This document shows positions 1 to 14,784 of a stretch of DNA of 48,531 bases, piece by piece (the first letter of the stretch is position 1; each line of letters opens with the position of its first letter). The translations under genes and the position numbers were made by a program. A model generated the notes under the pieces. That model had not been told where the DNA came from. It worked only from the letters and a program-made list of their open reading frames with translations, and searched no databases. The DNA comes from Octopus sinensis (lineage: Eukaryota), in the NCBI RefSeq assembly GCF_006345805.1, contig NW_021834450.1, positions 1-48,531 of the forward strand, given 5' to 3'.

Positions 1-268
1 GTTGCTTATTTTGATTATATATATATATATATATAATATATATATATATATTATATATAATATATATATAATATATACGATGGGCTTCCTTCAGTTTCTG
101 TCTCCCAAATCCACTCACAAGGCTTTGGTCGGCCCGAGGCTATAGTAGAAGACACTCGCCCAAGGTGCCTCGGGCAAAACAAAGCCTTGTAAGTGGATTT
201 GGCAAACGGAAACTGAAAGAAGCCCGTCGTATATATAGTTCTATATATTATATAATAAATATATATAT

Positions 269-314
<46 letters not shown>

Positions 315-318
315 ATAT

Positions 319-482
319 AGGTGGAGGAGTAGCTGTGTGGCAAGAAGCTTGCTTAACAACCACATGGTTCAGGGCTCAGTCCAACTCTGTGGCACCTCGG
401 CAAGTGTCTTCTACTATAGCCTCGAGCCGACCAAAGCCTTATGAGTGGATTTGGTAGTCGGAAACTAAAAGAAGCCCGTCGT
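319..482 (+). mobile_element. tRNA-derived SINE family A (CORE-like ggcaccttgggcaagtgtctt, AT-repeat tail)
   Basis: Interspersed ~165 bp repeat. Other copies or fragments at about 78-230, 6755-6916(-), 6934-7091(-), 8075-8204(+), 26609-26759(-), 31113-31245(-), 31299-31407(-). Confidence 0.8.
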
Positions 483-599
483 ATATATGTATATATATAA
501 TTCCTCCTCCAGTGGCACACCCGCCGAAGGAGCATCGGGACACGCTGGTAGCGACACCACCATCTTACCAGACACCCAGACATTAAGACTGATACTTAC

Positions 600-845
600 C
601 ATATAATTCTTGTATCCCAGCTATATCATCTTGGTGCAGCTTCAGGTCTTTCACGTAGCCTCGGTACATTGGGTACATCACCGCCGACGAGTCGTCGCTG
701 TGTTCGATACCAAGCGCATGTCCGATCTCGTGTAGCATCACTCCGTACAAGTCCGTTTTAGAAGAGACATTGACTCCCCAATCTTCATCGTCATCGAAGT
801 GAATGTCACCGGTCCTCGGGTAAAAAGCATGTGCCAAAACGCCAC
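600..845 (-). CDS. MMP coding exon 6: active site (GVLAHAFYP..GDIHFDDDE..HEIGHALGIEHS..AVMYP..IQELY)
   Basis: Acceptor ttgttttttag, donor GTAAGT at 599, 246 bp, phase 1 to 1. HExxHxxGxxH at 700-732 and Met-turn AVMYP. Confidence 0.95.
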
Positions 846-854
846 CTAAAAAAC

Positions 855-885
855 AATAATAATAATAATAATAGTAGTAGTAGTA

Positions 886-935
<50 letters not shown>

Positions 936-1609
936 CATAATAATCATAATATTAATAGCAGTAATAATAATAATAATAGTAGTAGTAATAGTAATAATAA
1001 TAACAATAATAGTAATAATAATAATAATAGTAATAATAATAGTAATAATAATATTAATAATATTAGTACTAATAATAATAACAAGATAATAGTTAGTAGA
1101 TAATAATAATAATATATAAAAATAATAATAATAATAATAATAATAATAGTAATAATAGTAGTAGTTGTAGTAGTAATAGTAATAATAATAATAGTAATAA
1201 TAGTAATAATAATAATAATAATAATAAGAGTAATAATAATAATAATAATAATAATAGTAAGAGTAATAATAATAATAATAATAACAATAATAATAATAAT
1301 ATTAATAGTTATAGTAATAATAATAGTAATAATAATAGTAATAATAGTAATAGTAATAATAATAATAATAGTAATAATAATAATAGTAATAATAATAATA
1401 ATGATAATAATAATAATTAAATAATAATTAAATAATAATAATAATAATGATAATAATAATAATAATAATAGTATAATAATAATATTAATAATAGTAGTAG
1501 TAGTAGTAATAATAATAATGATAATAGTAATAATAGTATAAAATAATAATAATAATAATAATATAATAATAATAATAATAATAAAATAAAAATAATAATA
1601 ATAACAACG

Positions 1610-1647
<38 letters not shown>

Positions 1648-1680
1648 TATAATAATAACAACGATTATAATAATAATAAT
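855..1680. repeat. Degenerate (TAA)n microsatellite
   Basis: Direct reading. Source of the poly-N/I/L/Y ORFs; abuts the exon 6 acceptor and the 5' end of an R4-type LINE. Confidence 0.97.
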
Positions 1681-4467
<2,787 letters not shown>

Positions 4468-4476
4468 TAATAATAA

Positions 4477-4835
4477 ATTTTCCCTGATGCAGTACCAGAC
4501 AGTGGCTCTCGTGGCTTCTGATCTTAACTGATTGGAAGTGTTATCATGTACATTGTTTTGTCTTGGTATAAAAGATGGGCTACAGTTAATATTCTGCTCA
4601 ATACCATAGATTTGCTTCTCGGTTGTTTGACCGTAACCAGTTGAGCATGTCCCTTAGTGGCTGGCGATATGTGCATCTCTGATCAAGAGCACAAGTAGTG
4701 ATGGAGCATCATAGCTGTGTGTTGAAAGGAATTCTTAGAGGTTTGAATCATTCACCTTTGGAAATATGTGTGATTCGTTCAACATCCTTAAAAAACCCTT
4801 ATTCAGGGACCTTTTGAGTGGGGTGGGTTACTCAA
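4477..4835 (+). repeat. Interspersed non-coding repeat X, (AAT)n-associated
   Basis: Homologous to about 14372-14758(-) and 35167-35640(+); each copy abuts AAT repeats or an AAT-like tail. Confidence 0.8.
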
Positions 4836-4854
4836 TAATAATAATAATAATAAT

Positions 4855-4888
<34 letters not shown>

Positions 4889-4935
4889 CAACAACAATAA
4901 TAATAATAATAATAATAATAATGTGGAATTCTTAC

Positions 4936-5078
4936 TTGGTCCATCGAAATCGCTTCCATCATTATGGGCCTTTTTGTAAAAATTTATTTTAAAATTAGCT
5001 TCTGTTGTCCCACTTACTTCTGTAAAAGTCAATTGTGTTTGCCTCTCCCACTCGTCAAATGCTCTTTTGAACTCCGTT
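4936..5078 (-). CDS. MMP coding exon 5: catalytic domain (TEFKRAFDEW...HNDGSDFDGP)
   Basis: Acceptor tttcctgacag, donor GTAAGA, 143 bp, phase 2 to 1. AF..W and H.D...FDG structural Zn/Ca motifs. Confidence 0.93.
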
Positions 5079-5174
5079 CTGTCAGGAAACGGAATAGAAA
5101 CAAAAAAAAGGTGAAAATTGAAAATGTCTCTTAATCTGCGTAAGGTCGGTTCATGTAAATTTATATAAGCTATA

Positions 5175-5497
5175 TATGAGGGTGAGTCAAAAAGTAAAGC
5201 CATTTTGTTTAGGGCATGTATAATTACCAACACGGGAACATGCATCATACATCAAAATGAAGCTGGTCCTCTGTGGATCACATCTCTACATCTCAACATA
5301 GTCACCGTTTCTCTCAATAGCAATGTTCCACTTTCGAATGCGAGTATGTATGAGGGTGAGTCAAAAAGTAATGCCGTTTTGTTTAGGACAGGTATAATTA
5401 CCAACACAGGAACATGTATCATACATCAAAATGAAACTGCTCCTATGTGGATCACATCCCTACTTCTCAACGTGGTCACCGTTTCTCAATGTTTCCC
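5175..5497 (+). mobile_element. Two tandem ~174-bp mariner-like terminal fragments in MMP intron 4
   Basis: Units start tatgagggtgagtcaaaaagtaa at 5175 and 5349, resembling the TIR of the mariner at 44034. Confidence 0.55.
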
Positions 5498-5527
5498 GTA
5501 ACTTAGTAAAGAAGCAATACAATTTAC

Positions 5528-5606
5528 CTTTGTTGGTCTTGTGTGAGTTGATTGGTAAAGCTCTCAATTTTGAAGGTCAGGTCTTTTTTATCCCACTTTA
5601 TATCAT
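5528..5606 (-). CDS. MMP coding exon 4: start of catalytic domain (YDIKWDKKDLTFKIESFTNQLTQDQQ-R)
   Basis: Acceptor ttttatctttacag, donor GTAAAT, 79 bp, phase 1 to 2. KW.K..LT motif. Not in the ORF track. Confidence 0.92.
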
Positions 5607-6446
5607 CTGTAAAGATAAAAGCCCAGTAAATATTAACAGGATAATATGTCAGGTCAATAAATTCGTAGATGCATTTATGCATACAGACTACTCATACCTA
5701 CTTACATTTTAATTATGTATGTAACCCCCCCCCCTACCAGAGCCTCGTGGAGCTTTAGGTGTTTTCGCTCGATAAACACACACAACGCCCGGTCTGGGAA
5801 TCGAAACTGCGATCCTTCGATCGCGAGTTCGCTGCCCTAACCACTCAGCCATTGCGCCTCCACATCTTAATTTTGTATGTAACACAATTTTTAATCTTCG
5901 GATTTTAAAATATGCTAAGCCACTGGTTTTAATTAATTAGCATTAATTTCTACCCTTATTATTTAATTTTAAATAAAAAATGTTCACTAACCGGTAAATT
6001 GGCTGCTGGAATTTATTAACAGCAGAGTAATTTCCGGCCTCAGCGAGCCAAAGTGAAGGCATTTGAAAAAATACACCCGAATATAATTTGTAGAACTTTA
6101 TACCTGATCGATTTCCGTTGAGCGTTCTGTATCTAGTTCTGGAAATTGTGTTTTGTAAGCGACAGACTATGCTGATGATCTTGCAGATATTCATGTATTT
6201 ATATATGTGGATATTAACAAGTGAAACCATGGTACATAGGTAATCGTTTTTTATTTCGTTTATTTTCATTTGTCTTGCTCATTTTTACATTTTGGCGTTT
6301 TCTTCGTGATAATAGCGATTTGATGTCTATGTTTAGCATATAGCGTGTCCACTTTAGTGGTCATTCATCCTAATTTTGTACATACATACACAAATATACG
6401 CATGCATACGTACATACATATATACGTACATATATATATGCATATG

Positions 6447-6478
<32 letters not shown>

Positions 6479-6486
6479 ATATACAT

Positions 6487-6707
6487 ACTCTTTTACTTAT
6501 TTCAGTCATTTGACTACGGCCATGCTGGAGCATCGCCTTTAGTCAAGAAAATCGACCCCAGCACTTATTCTTTGTAAGCCTGGTACTTATTCTATCGATC
6601 TCTTTTGCCGAACCGCTAAGGCACGGGGACGTGAACACTCCACCATCTGTTGTCAAGCGATACTGGGGGGGGGGGGGAACAAACACAGACACACAAGCAT
6701 ACACACC

Positions 6708-6710
<3 letters not shown>
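6487..6710 (-). mobile_element. SINE family D 3' part (tail ggcggtgctccagcatggccgcagtc..gactgaaacaagtaaaagagt)
   Basis: Homologous copies at about 26361-26600(-), 26800-26905(-), 26935-27164(+). Confidence 0.75.
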
Positions 6711-6747
<37 letters not shown>

Positions 6748-7089
6748 ATATATACGACAGGATTCTTTCAGTTTCTGTCTACCAAATCCACTCACAAGCC
6801 TTTTTGGGTCCGAGGCTATAGTAGAAGACACTTGCCCAAGGTGCCACGCAATGGGACTGAACCTGGAACCATGTGGTTGGTAAGCAAGCTACTTACCATA
6901 CAGCCACTCCTGCGCCTATATACATATATAAAACGAGATTCTTTCAGTTTCCATCTACCAAATCCACTCACAAGGCTTTGGTTGGAACGATGCTTTAGTA
7001 CAAGACACTTGCCCAATGTGCCAGGTAGTGGGAATGACCCGGAACCATGTGGTTGGTAAGCAGCTACTTACCACACAGCCACTCCTACA

Positions 7090-7196
<107 letters not shown>

Positions 7197-7433
7197 GTAT
7201 ATACATATATATATATATAACTATGTGCACATATACATGCTTGCATACATAATTACGTACGTACATACAGACATACATACGTATATACATACATATATCC
7301 ACACATACATACATACATACATACATACATACATACATACATACATACATACATGCATACATACATACATACATACATATATACATACATGCATACATAC
7401 ATGCATACATATATGCATATATACATACATATA

Positions 7434-7905
7434 AGTTCCCACAGTATGGTAGAAGTTATAGCAGCTTATAACAAAAATGATTACTGGTAGAATGTACCAG
7501 TGAAGACCTCAATAAAATGTAAGCACAACAGACCTGATATAAAGATTTTAGATAGAGAAGATAAACTGTTCAATTGTGGAAATTAGCTGCCCAGCGGATG
7601 TTAACGTAAAGCTGAAAATTAGTGAAAAAGAGAACACCTATGCCGATCTATTGAGAAATCTGCAGTTACTCTATCCAGATTACAAGTTCAGGTTTATACC
7701 TGTAATTATTGGGGCCCTGGGATATGTAACACACTGCCCAAATCTTGAGAAATTAGGCTTCTCAGAACCAGAAAGAAAGCTTATTCGAAGACTACAGATC
7801 GAATCCATCACAGGAACTATAAAAATTTGTAAAACTTTGCAGGAGTTTATCATTTCAGTATATATGAACATGTCTAGGTATGCAAGTATATGCACATATA
7901 CATAA
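7434..7905 (+). mobile_element. 3' fragment of a second REL-endonuclease LINE family flanked by (TACA)n
   Basis: KHNRPDI ... VEISCPAD ... KENTYADL ... FIPVIIGALG; (CATA)n on both sides. Confidence 0.75.
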
Positions 7906-7969
7906 AACATACGTACATACATACATATAATATCTATATCTATAATTAGCAAAATATCTGTGTATCTGT

Positions 7970-8206
7970 GTGTCTGTGTGTCTTTTATATAAACCACAGT
8001 TTTTCACGTAAAAGGCTCGCATTTTCTATGGGCTTTCAAAACTGTCTGAGGGTGGTCGAGAAGATCTCCTTTGCTTACGAACCACATGGTTCCGGGTTCA
8101 GTCCCACTGCGTGGCACCTTGGGCAAGTGTACATTACTATAGCCTCAGGCCGACCAAAGCCTTATGAGTGGATTTGGTAGACGGAAACTGAAAGAAGCCC
8201 GTCGCA

Positions 8207-8254
<48 letters not shown>

Positions 8255-8273
8255 TATATATATATTATATATA

Positions 8274-8346
<73 letters not shown>

Positions 8347-8995
8347 ATGGCAATATGACCATTCCGAAATATAACAATATATATATATTGTTATATTTCG
8401 GAATGGTCATATTGCCATATATATATGAACGGCACTATGTCTGTGTGTCCTTTATACAAATCCACAGTTTTTCACGTAAAAGGCTCACATTTTCTATGGG
8501 CTTTCAAATCTCTGAGAAGGTGGTCCTGCTTGTCTTTTCATTTCCCCAGTCACCCCAGAAAGCCATTAAAAATCTTTCGAAAGATTTTTGATCTTATGAT
8601 TTAGGTAACGAAATTCTTTAATACAAGGGACGTAACTCAATCCAGCGGTCTAATATAAACATATTAAACCAATGTAAGGGAAATAACTCTTTAAAACTCC
8701 GCATTTTCCTCCCTTTCTTATGCATCACACCTTTATATTGTGCCAGACCAATTTATTAATTTTAGGACCGGAACTGTTCCGGATTTCTGGAGAATTTCTA
8801 AACGTTTCCTTAAAATCTGTACATTATAAACCGCAAAATGTCTGTGTATTTGCGTGCCTGTGTGTCCTTTATACAAATTCACAGTTTTTCACGTAAAAGG
8901 CTCGCATTTTCTATGGGCTTTCAAAACCGTCTGAGTGTGGTCGTGAAGATATTTTCATTTCCCCAGTCACCCCAGAAAGCCATTAAAAATCGATA
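7970..8995 (+). repeat. Three dispersed copies of a ~90-130 bp unit (cacagtttttcacgtaaaaggctcgcattttctatgggctttcaaa)
   Basis: Copies near 7970, 8440 and 8850. Confidence 0.75.
8339..8426. repeat. Perfect 88-bp palindrome
   Basis: ggcaatatgaccattccgaaatataacaat-atatatat-attgttatatttcggaatggtcatattgcc with matching AT flanks; position sums are constant at 16765. Confidence 0.95.
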
Positions 8996-10405
8996 AACCG
9001 ACACGTTATGCTCATACGTTATGGCCATATCCATTCAAAATCGCTAAAACATAGAAATTTGAACGTCATGCGTGCGTACAGCTAGATACACCAATAGACT
9101 GCCAGCTGTTTTTTGATTGGACGGAGATAACTTTACCCTTCACAGTTGAATGCGCGTGCGCATTTGCAGACAGTCTGTATGACTGAGTACATTTTTGTGT
9201 TTTGCGAAGACGCGTTATCATGTGTTTTGGCTTTCAAACGTGCACACTTTTTTGATTTGAGAAATGCAGGGAATAATTAACGAGTTAGACCGAGTGAATG
9301 ACAAGAGAGCAGGATTTTCATGTGAGACCAAATATGCCTGACTGGCACCAGACCCAGCAACGCCGGGTCATAGTACTAGTCAATATCTATAAAGCTGAAA
9401 TGCAAAAAAGTTGTTTGATCTCTTGGTTATTTGTCTCATTTTGGGATGGAAACGGTTTAAGGGTGGTAGATGGGGTCGGAATGGCGCCAAAATCTACACC
9501 GGGGGTAAAATGTGGTGGGCAATGGCGAAAAGAGGGTTGCAAGTCGCTCGGGGCTACTGTTTGGCTGCCATGGTGAGGAATATGGGAAAAATTGAGTTTT
9601 ATGGGATAGACAGGTTACGCTGTTTCAATAATGGTGGCTTTTCGTGTTGCTGGAGGGGCTAGAGGCGGTTATTTTTAATTGTGGGTGTAAAAAATTGGGG
9701 GATTTTAGAAAAGGGGATAAAATTTTTCCACTTTTAAAAATAGTAAACTTTTGCCCTATTTTTAGATTTATTTTTTTTCTGTTTGCATTATTTGGTTGCC
9801 ATGAGTAAAAATGGCATTGTGTTAAAGGTCAAAATTTTAGCTTTCATTTGCATCATGAACCGTCAAAATATATCAGAAAAAAGTATCAAATTTCACAAAA
9901 TTTTAAGTAATTTTGAATTATTTTTGTGATTTTACATGCACGCGTAAAAGTGCAATTATTTTGTCGACTTGGACGCGGCCAAGCTTGCTTTGGTTATCGG
10001 CTTTTTTCTCTCCTTAATTCTTTCATATTTTTCTACCAATTTGTATTCTGAATTTTTTTATGCTATTTAACATGTAGTTAGAATAGATTTTTATAATTAA
10101 AACCAATTTTGATGTCTTCCCGACTCAATTATTTGGGGTTTGGAGATAAGGCTACAGAAGGCTTCTTTCTAATCGCAGGCACACGTGGGTTTTTTTGGGG
10201 ATGCCATCAGCTATGAAGATGAGGAGAAGGAGAAGGAGAAGCGAAAGAGTGGAAGAACAGAAAGAAGATAAATAAAAAATAAAAAATAAGAAAAAGAAGA
10301 GGACAATAAAAAGAACCAGGCAAAGAAGACGAACAAAAGAAGAAAGGGAAAAGGAGACAACACCACCACCAAAGCCAGAGCGAAGCACGGGTCAAAATAG
10401 CTAGT

Positions 10406-12890
10406 CTAATCTATAAAATGACGAAGGCGAACGTTGATACAAATTGGATTTTTCTGTAAAAAGGGGTCTAAAAAGGACTGGAGGGGATTAAAATTTACAA
10501 GAGAGGGCGTGTTTAGAAATTCTACGTTACATCAAGCTACAAAATTTGCGCCAGCCTTCAAATCGCCAATGTCTTGCCGTCCGTCATGAAGAAGTTTTGA
10601 ATGCCTGCCTGGTGAGTCTACTGTCGTGAGAAAGAATCACTTCAAAACTTGGTGTTTAGGAATTTGCTTTTACAAAAGAAAAGTTTCAAGCTTTGTACTA
10701 TCAGCATGCAAAACTAAATGCAATATCCAATAAATACACTGGACCTGGAGGGATTGCAATCCCAGAGGCACAATCAGTGCGAGACCTGGGTATTTACATG
10801 AGTGATGATGCAACCTTTCATGTGCATGTTGCTAAATTGGCAATGAAATGTAGGCGGCTGACCGGATGGAATCTTAGAGCCTTTAGAACAAGAGACCAGG
10901 AAACCATGATGGTCCTCTGGAGGACGCTTGTCCTAAGCCACTTTGACTATTGCTCTCAGCTATGGTCACCAACCAGTGTCAAATTAATCTCAGAATTGAG
11001 ACAATCCAACGAAGCTACACGAAGAAGATAGCCTCTGCGCAGCATATAAGCTATTGGGAAAGACTCAAGAGATTGAGACTCTATTCCTTAGAGCGTAGGC
11101 GAGAAAGATATGCCATAATATACATCTGGAAGATCCTGGAAGGACTTGTACCTAACTTTGGCATCGAGAGATACACAAATACCAGAACTGGGCGCCACTG
11201 CATAGTGCCAAGGACTCCAAATTTGCCATCAAGCTGTAGGACAAGATACTGCAATAACCTGGGCTTCAGAGGTTCACAGCTCTTCAATATCCTCCCGAAG
11301 AACCTGAGAGACCTGCATGGGGTGGATGTAGGTGTCTTCAAAATAAAGCTGGACCTCTTTCTGTCAGGTGTCCCAGATGAACCAACTTCACGGCAGGAGG
11401 TGCAGATGAGGGCAGCTGCATTAAACTCTCTCATGCACCAAATGTCAATTGCTAAAAAACATTCGTGAAGTAAAATCATGTAGCAACACCAAATGGCGGT
11501 GCCTCAGCATGGCCACAGCTCGTGCGCTGAAAAAACCCCATCAAGTTCAAAATTTTGCGCTAGCTATTAAACAGCCAGTACGTTACTGTCCGTCATTAAG
11601 AAGTTTTGAATGCCAGCCATGGTGAGTTTACTATCCACAGATTCTATCCCTTCAAACTTTGGTTTCTAATATTTTTAAATTTTTATTCAGCTCGCAAGTT
11701 CGTCTGTCCCTTTTAAATGTTAGTGTTTTGCTGTCCGCCTTGAAGCAGACCTTTCCGTTGTCACTGCCTGATATTTATGATTGATCTTTCAAAATATTTT
11801 CGTTCTCAACTTTCTCAAAATCTTTTGTTTTTTATAAACGTGAGATAGACAGATAGAGAAAGATAGAGAGTAAGAGAAAACGAGGGAGAGTCCGGGAGAA
11901 AGGAAGAGTAAGAGAGTGGCAAACTGAGAGAGAAAGGAGAGAGAAACAAAGAGGGTGAATGTGGCGATAAGAAACAGAAAGGAAGCAACAGAAAGTAACA
12001 AACACACCCTCACCCACGCGTAGAGCGAGTGACCTTAAGCTAGTCTCTATTTATAAAATGAAGAAGGTGAACGTTGATACAAATTAGATTTTTATGTAAA
12101 AAGGGGTCTAAATGGGGCTGGAAAGGGATTGAAATTTACTGAAGGGGGTAACTTGAGGTGAGAAATTGATTGGGAGACGTTTTGGGGTGCTACAGTGGTT
12201 GCTTTTTTACTGTGAAAACGGGGATTTCATTGATTTTTGGGGCCACCTGGGGGTCTAGATTGGACACCTTTGGCCCGATTTCAATCAAATTTTCAACATG
12301 GTAAAGTGTAAGTGGATTTGTAATTTAAGCGCGGAAAATGGGTTCGAAATTTTGAAAATTAAGGCAAGATATTTGAACTTGAAAAAAAAAATTCTCATTA
12401 TTACATATTTTTTATTGTTTACAGTTTTCATTTTTTCTGCAAGAAATTTACAGCTGCATGTAGCCCATGTTTAGAGCATTCATTTGCATAGTCAATCGTC
12501 GAAAAATTCCCAAATTAAATACTAAATTTAATAAAGAAATCCTTTTTTTCCTTATTTTTAATCGCTCAACTAGTGGCATGTACAAAAGGCAAGCGTGATT
12601 TCCGTTGTCACTGCCTGATATTTATGATTGATCTTTCAAAATATTTTCTTTCTCAACTTACACATGATCTTTTGTTTTTTATAAATCGGAGAGAGATAAA
12701 TGGAGAAAGATAGAGAGTAAGAGAAAGCGAGGAGAGTCCGAGAGAAAGGAAGAGTAAGAGAGTGGGAAAGTGAGAGAGAAAGGAGAGAGAAACAAAGGGG
12801 GAGAATGTGGCGATTAGAAACAGAAAGGAAGCAACAGAAAGTAACAACCACACCCTCACCCGCGCGTATAGCAGGTCACCTTAAGCTAGT
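10406..12890 (+). mobile_element. Tandem non-autonomous Helitron-like units
   Basis: Repeated junctions ...GCTAG|TCT(A/C)..TATAAAATGA at about 10405 and 12047. Unit ends cc(a/g)cgcg..accttaagCTAGT. 11760-12050 is duplicated at 12600-12890. Confidence 0.6.
10690..11535 (+). mobile_element. CR1-group LINE 3' fragment
   Basis: FRTRDQETM..LWRTLVLSHFDYCSQLWSP and LYSLERRRER; same family as 27590-28960. Confidence 0.85.
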
Positions 12891-12952
12891 TTATTATAAA
12901 GTCGAGGTTTCGTAAAGCAGGCCTTCGCAGAATGAAGTATAAGTGTACTCAC

Positions 12953-13071
12953 ATAACGAATATTCCTCAGGGAGGATATCTGGAAATCCACATCGACTTT
13001 TGTTCATAAAATTTCGTGTTTCTTGTGTGAATATGCCAGTTACTGTCAAATTGAATTTTTGTTGAAAGAAT
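12953..13071 (-). CDS. MMP coding exon 3: propeptide with cysteine switch (FFQQKFNLTVTG...KSRCGFPDILPEEYSL)
   Basis: Acceptor tttttttatttag, donor GTGAGT, 119 bp, phase 2 to 1. FQ..F.L..TG and RCGxPD motifs. Confidence 0.93.
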
Positions 13072-13454
13072 CTAAATAAAAAAAGTAGAACCAACACAAA
13101 ATCTATTTAAATATGGATTACAAATATTGGCACAAGGCCAGAAATTTCGTGAGAGCGAGTAAGGCGATTACTTCGACCCCAGAGCTCTGCAGGTCGTTAA
13201 CGTATCGAACCGAAATGATGAAAATTAAAGCCGTGCTCGGAGGAATTTCAACTTGCTTCTCTCTTTAACTGATCAATAACTGCGTGACACCTTGAAACTA
13301 TATACCTCGGGCAAGGCCTAGTGCTGCCAACTCTAGCTAAGATTATCATGTGCCGATGAACCCAGAAACCATTAGCCTGCAGGTACCGTTAAAGGCTGTA
13401 TGGGGAGATTAGTTCCCTAGTTCGAGAGCCATAGGGACGCAGTTGTGGGCCGAT

Positions 13455-13982
13455 TGCCGATTTATAGTAGCTTACCTTTCGACTTATTTTAGAACATAGT
13501 TGAGTCCATAAAATAGGATTTGACTACACCTCCATTTAGAGCACAGTTTAAGCTATATTTTCGTGGAAGAAGGTTTATGTTCCTATAACATGTGTTAATT
13601 TTGTAACCCTTTAAAATGGAAAATAAGAAAGTTCATTTTCGGCACTTGATGCTTTGGGAACCAAACAAAAATTGCTGCAGCTTGGCTGAGATGTGTTACC
13701 CCACCCTTCATATTCACCAGATATTGCTCCTTCGGATTTTCACTTATTCAGGTCTCTGCAGAATAGTCTTAATGGTAAAAATATAAAGAGATACCTTGAT
13801 GAATTCTTTGCTATGAAATCACCTCAATTCTGGGAAGAGGGTATTTTCAAGTTAAAGGAAAGATGGAGACGCATTGTGCAACAAAATGGTTCATATTTGG
13901 TTGATTAAAAATGTAAGGGAAATATTTATTGACCTTTTTCTTTACTTTAAAAATTGGCACGAACTTTCCGAACAACCCAATA
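13455..13982 (+). mobile_element. Internally deleted mariner transposon
   Basis: N-terminus MENKKVHFRHLMLWE fused to C-terminal HPSYSPDIAPSDFHLFRSLQ; right TIR ...gaactttccgaacaacccaaTA. An inverted copy of the 3' end lies at about 14132-14370. Confidence 0.8.
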
Positions 13983-14784
13983 CCTCGGGCAAGATCAAGT
14001 GCTGCCATCTCAAGCTAAGATTATCATGTGCCGATGAACCCAGACACCATTAGTCTGCAGGTACCGTTGAAATCTGTGTGAAGACATTAGGACTAATTAT
14101 TTTTCTCCTTACGAGATCAGGGACTGCGTCACTTTAAAACTAATGGGTTGTCCTGAAAGTTCACGCAAATTTTTAAAGGAAAGAAAAAGGTCAATAAATA
14201 CTTGACATTACATTTTTAATCAACCAAATATAAACCATTTTATTGCACAATGCGTCTCCATCTTTCCTTTAACTTGAAAATACGCTCTTCCCAGAATTGA
14301 GGTGGTTTCATGGAAAAGAATTCATCAAGGTCAATAAATACTTGAACTTACATTTTTAATCAACCAAATAGAAAGATAAACAGCGCATGACCTTGCAGGT
14401 GGGGCCCAGTTAGAATTTTCTTCTGGTCGAGTAGCCCATCCTGCTCAAAATGTCCCTGAATGAGGGTTGTTGAAGGATGTTGAACGAACCACCCATATTT
14501 CCAAAGGTGAAGACTGCTTCTCAACACATGGCTATGATGTTCCCCACTACTTCTGCTCGTGATCAGAGATGCACATATCGTCAGCCACTAAGGGACATGC
14601 TCAACTGGTTAAGGTCAAACAACTGACAAGCAAATATGTGGTATTGAGCAGAATATTTGCTGTAGCCCAACTTTTATACCAAGACAAAACAATGTACATG
14701 ATAACACTTCCAATCAGTTAAGATCAGAAGCCATGAAAGCCACTGTCTGCTACTGCCTCTATTATTAATTTTATTATTATTTTT

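Noticed and set aside
583-837. Stand-alone 84-aa metalloprotease ORF
   Set aside because: The start is an internal TTG (Leu); the region is exon 6 of the spliced MMP. ORFs 4832-5248 and 12894-13097 likewise run into introns.
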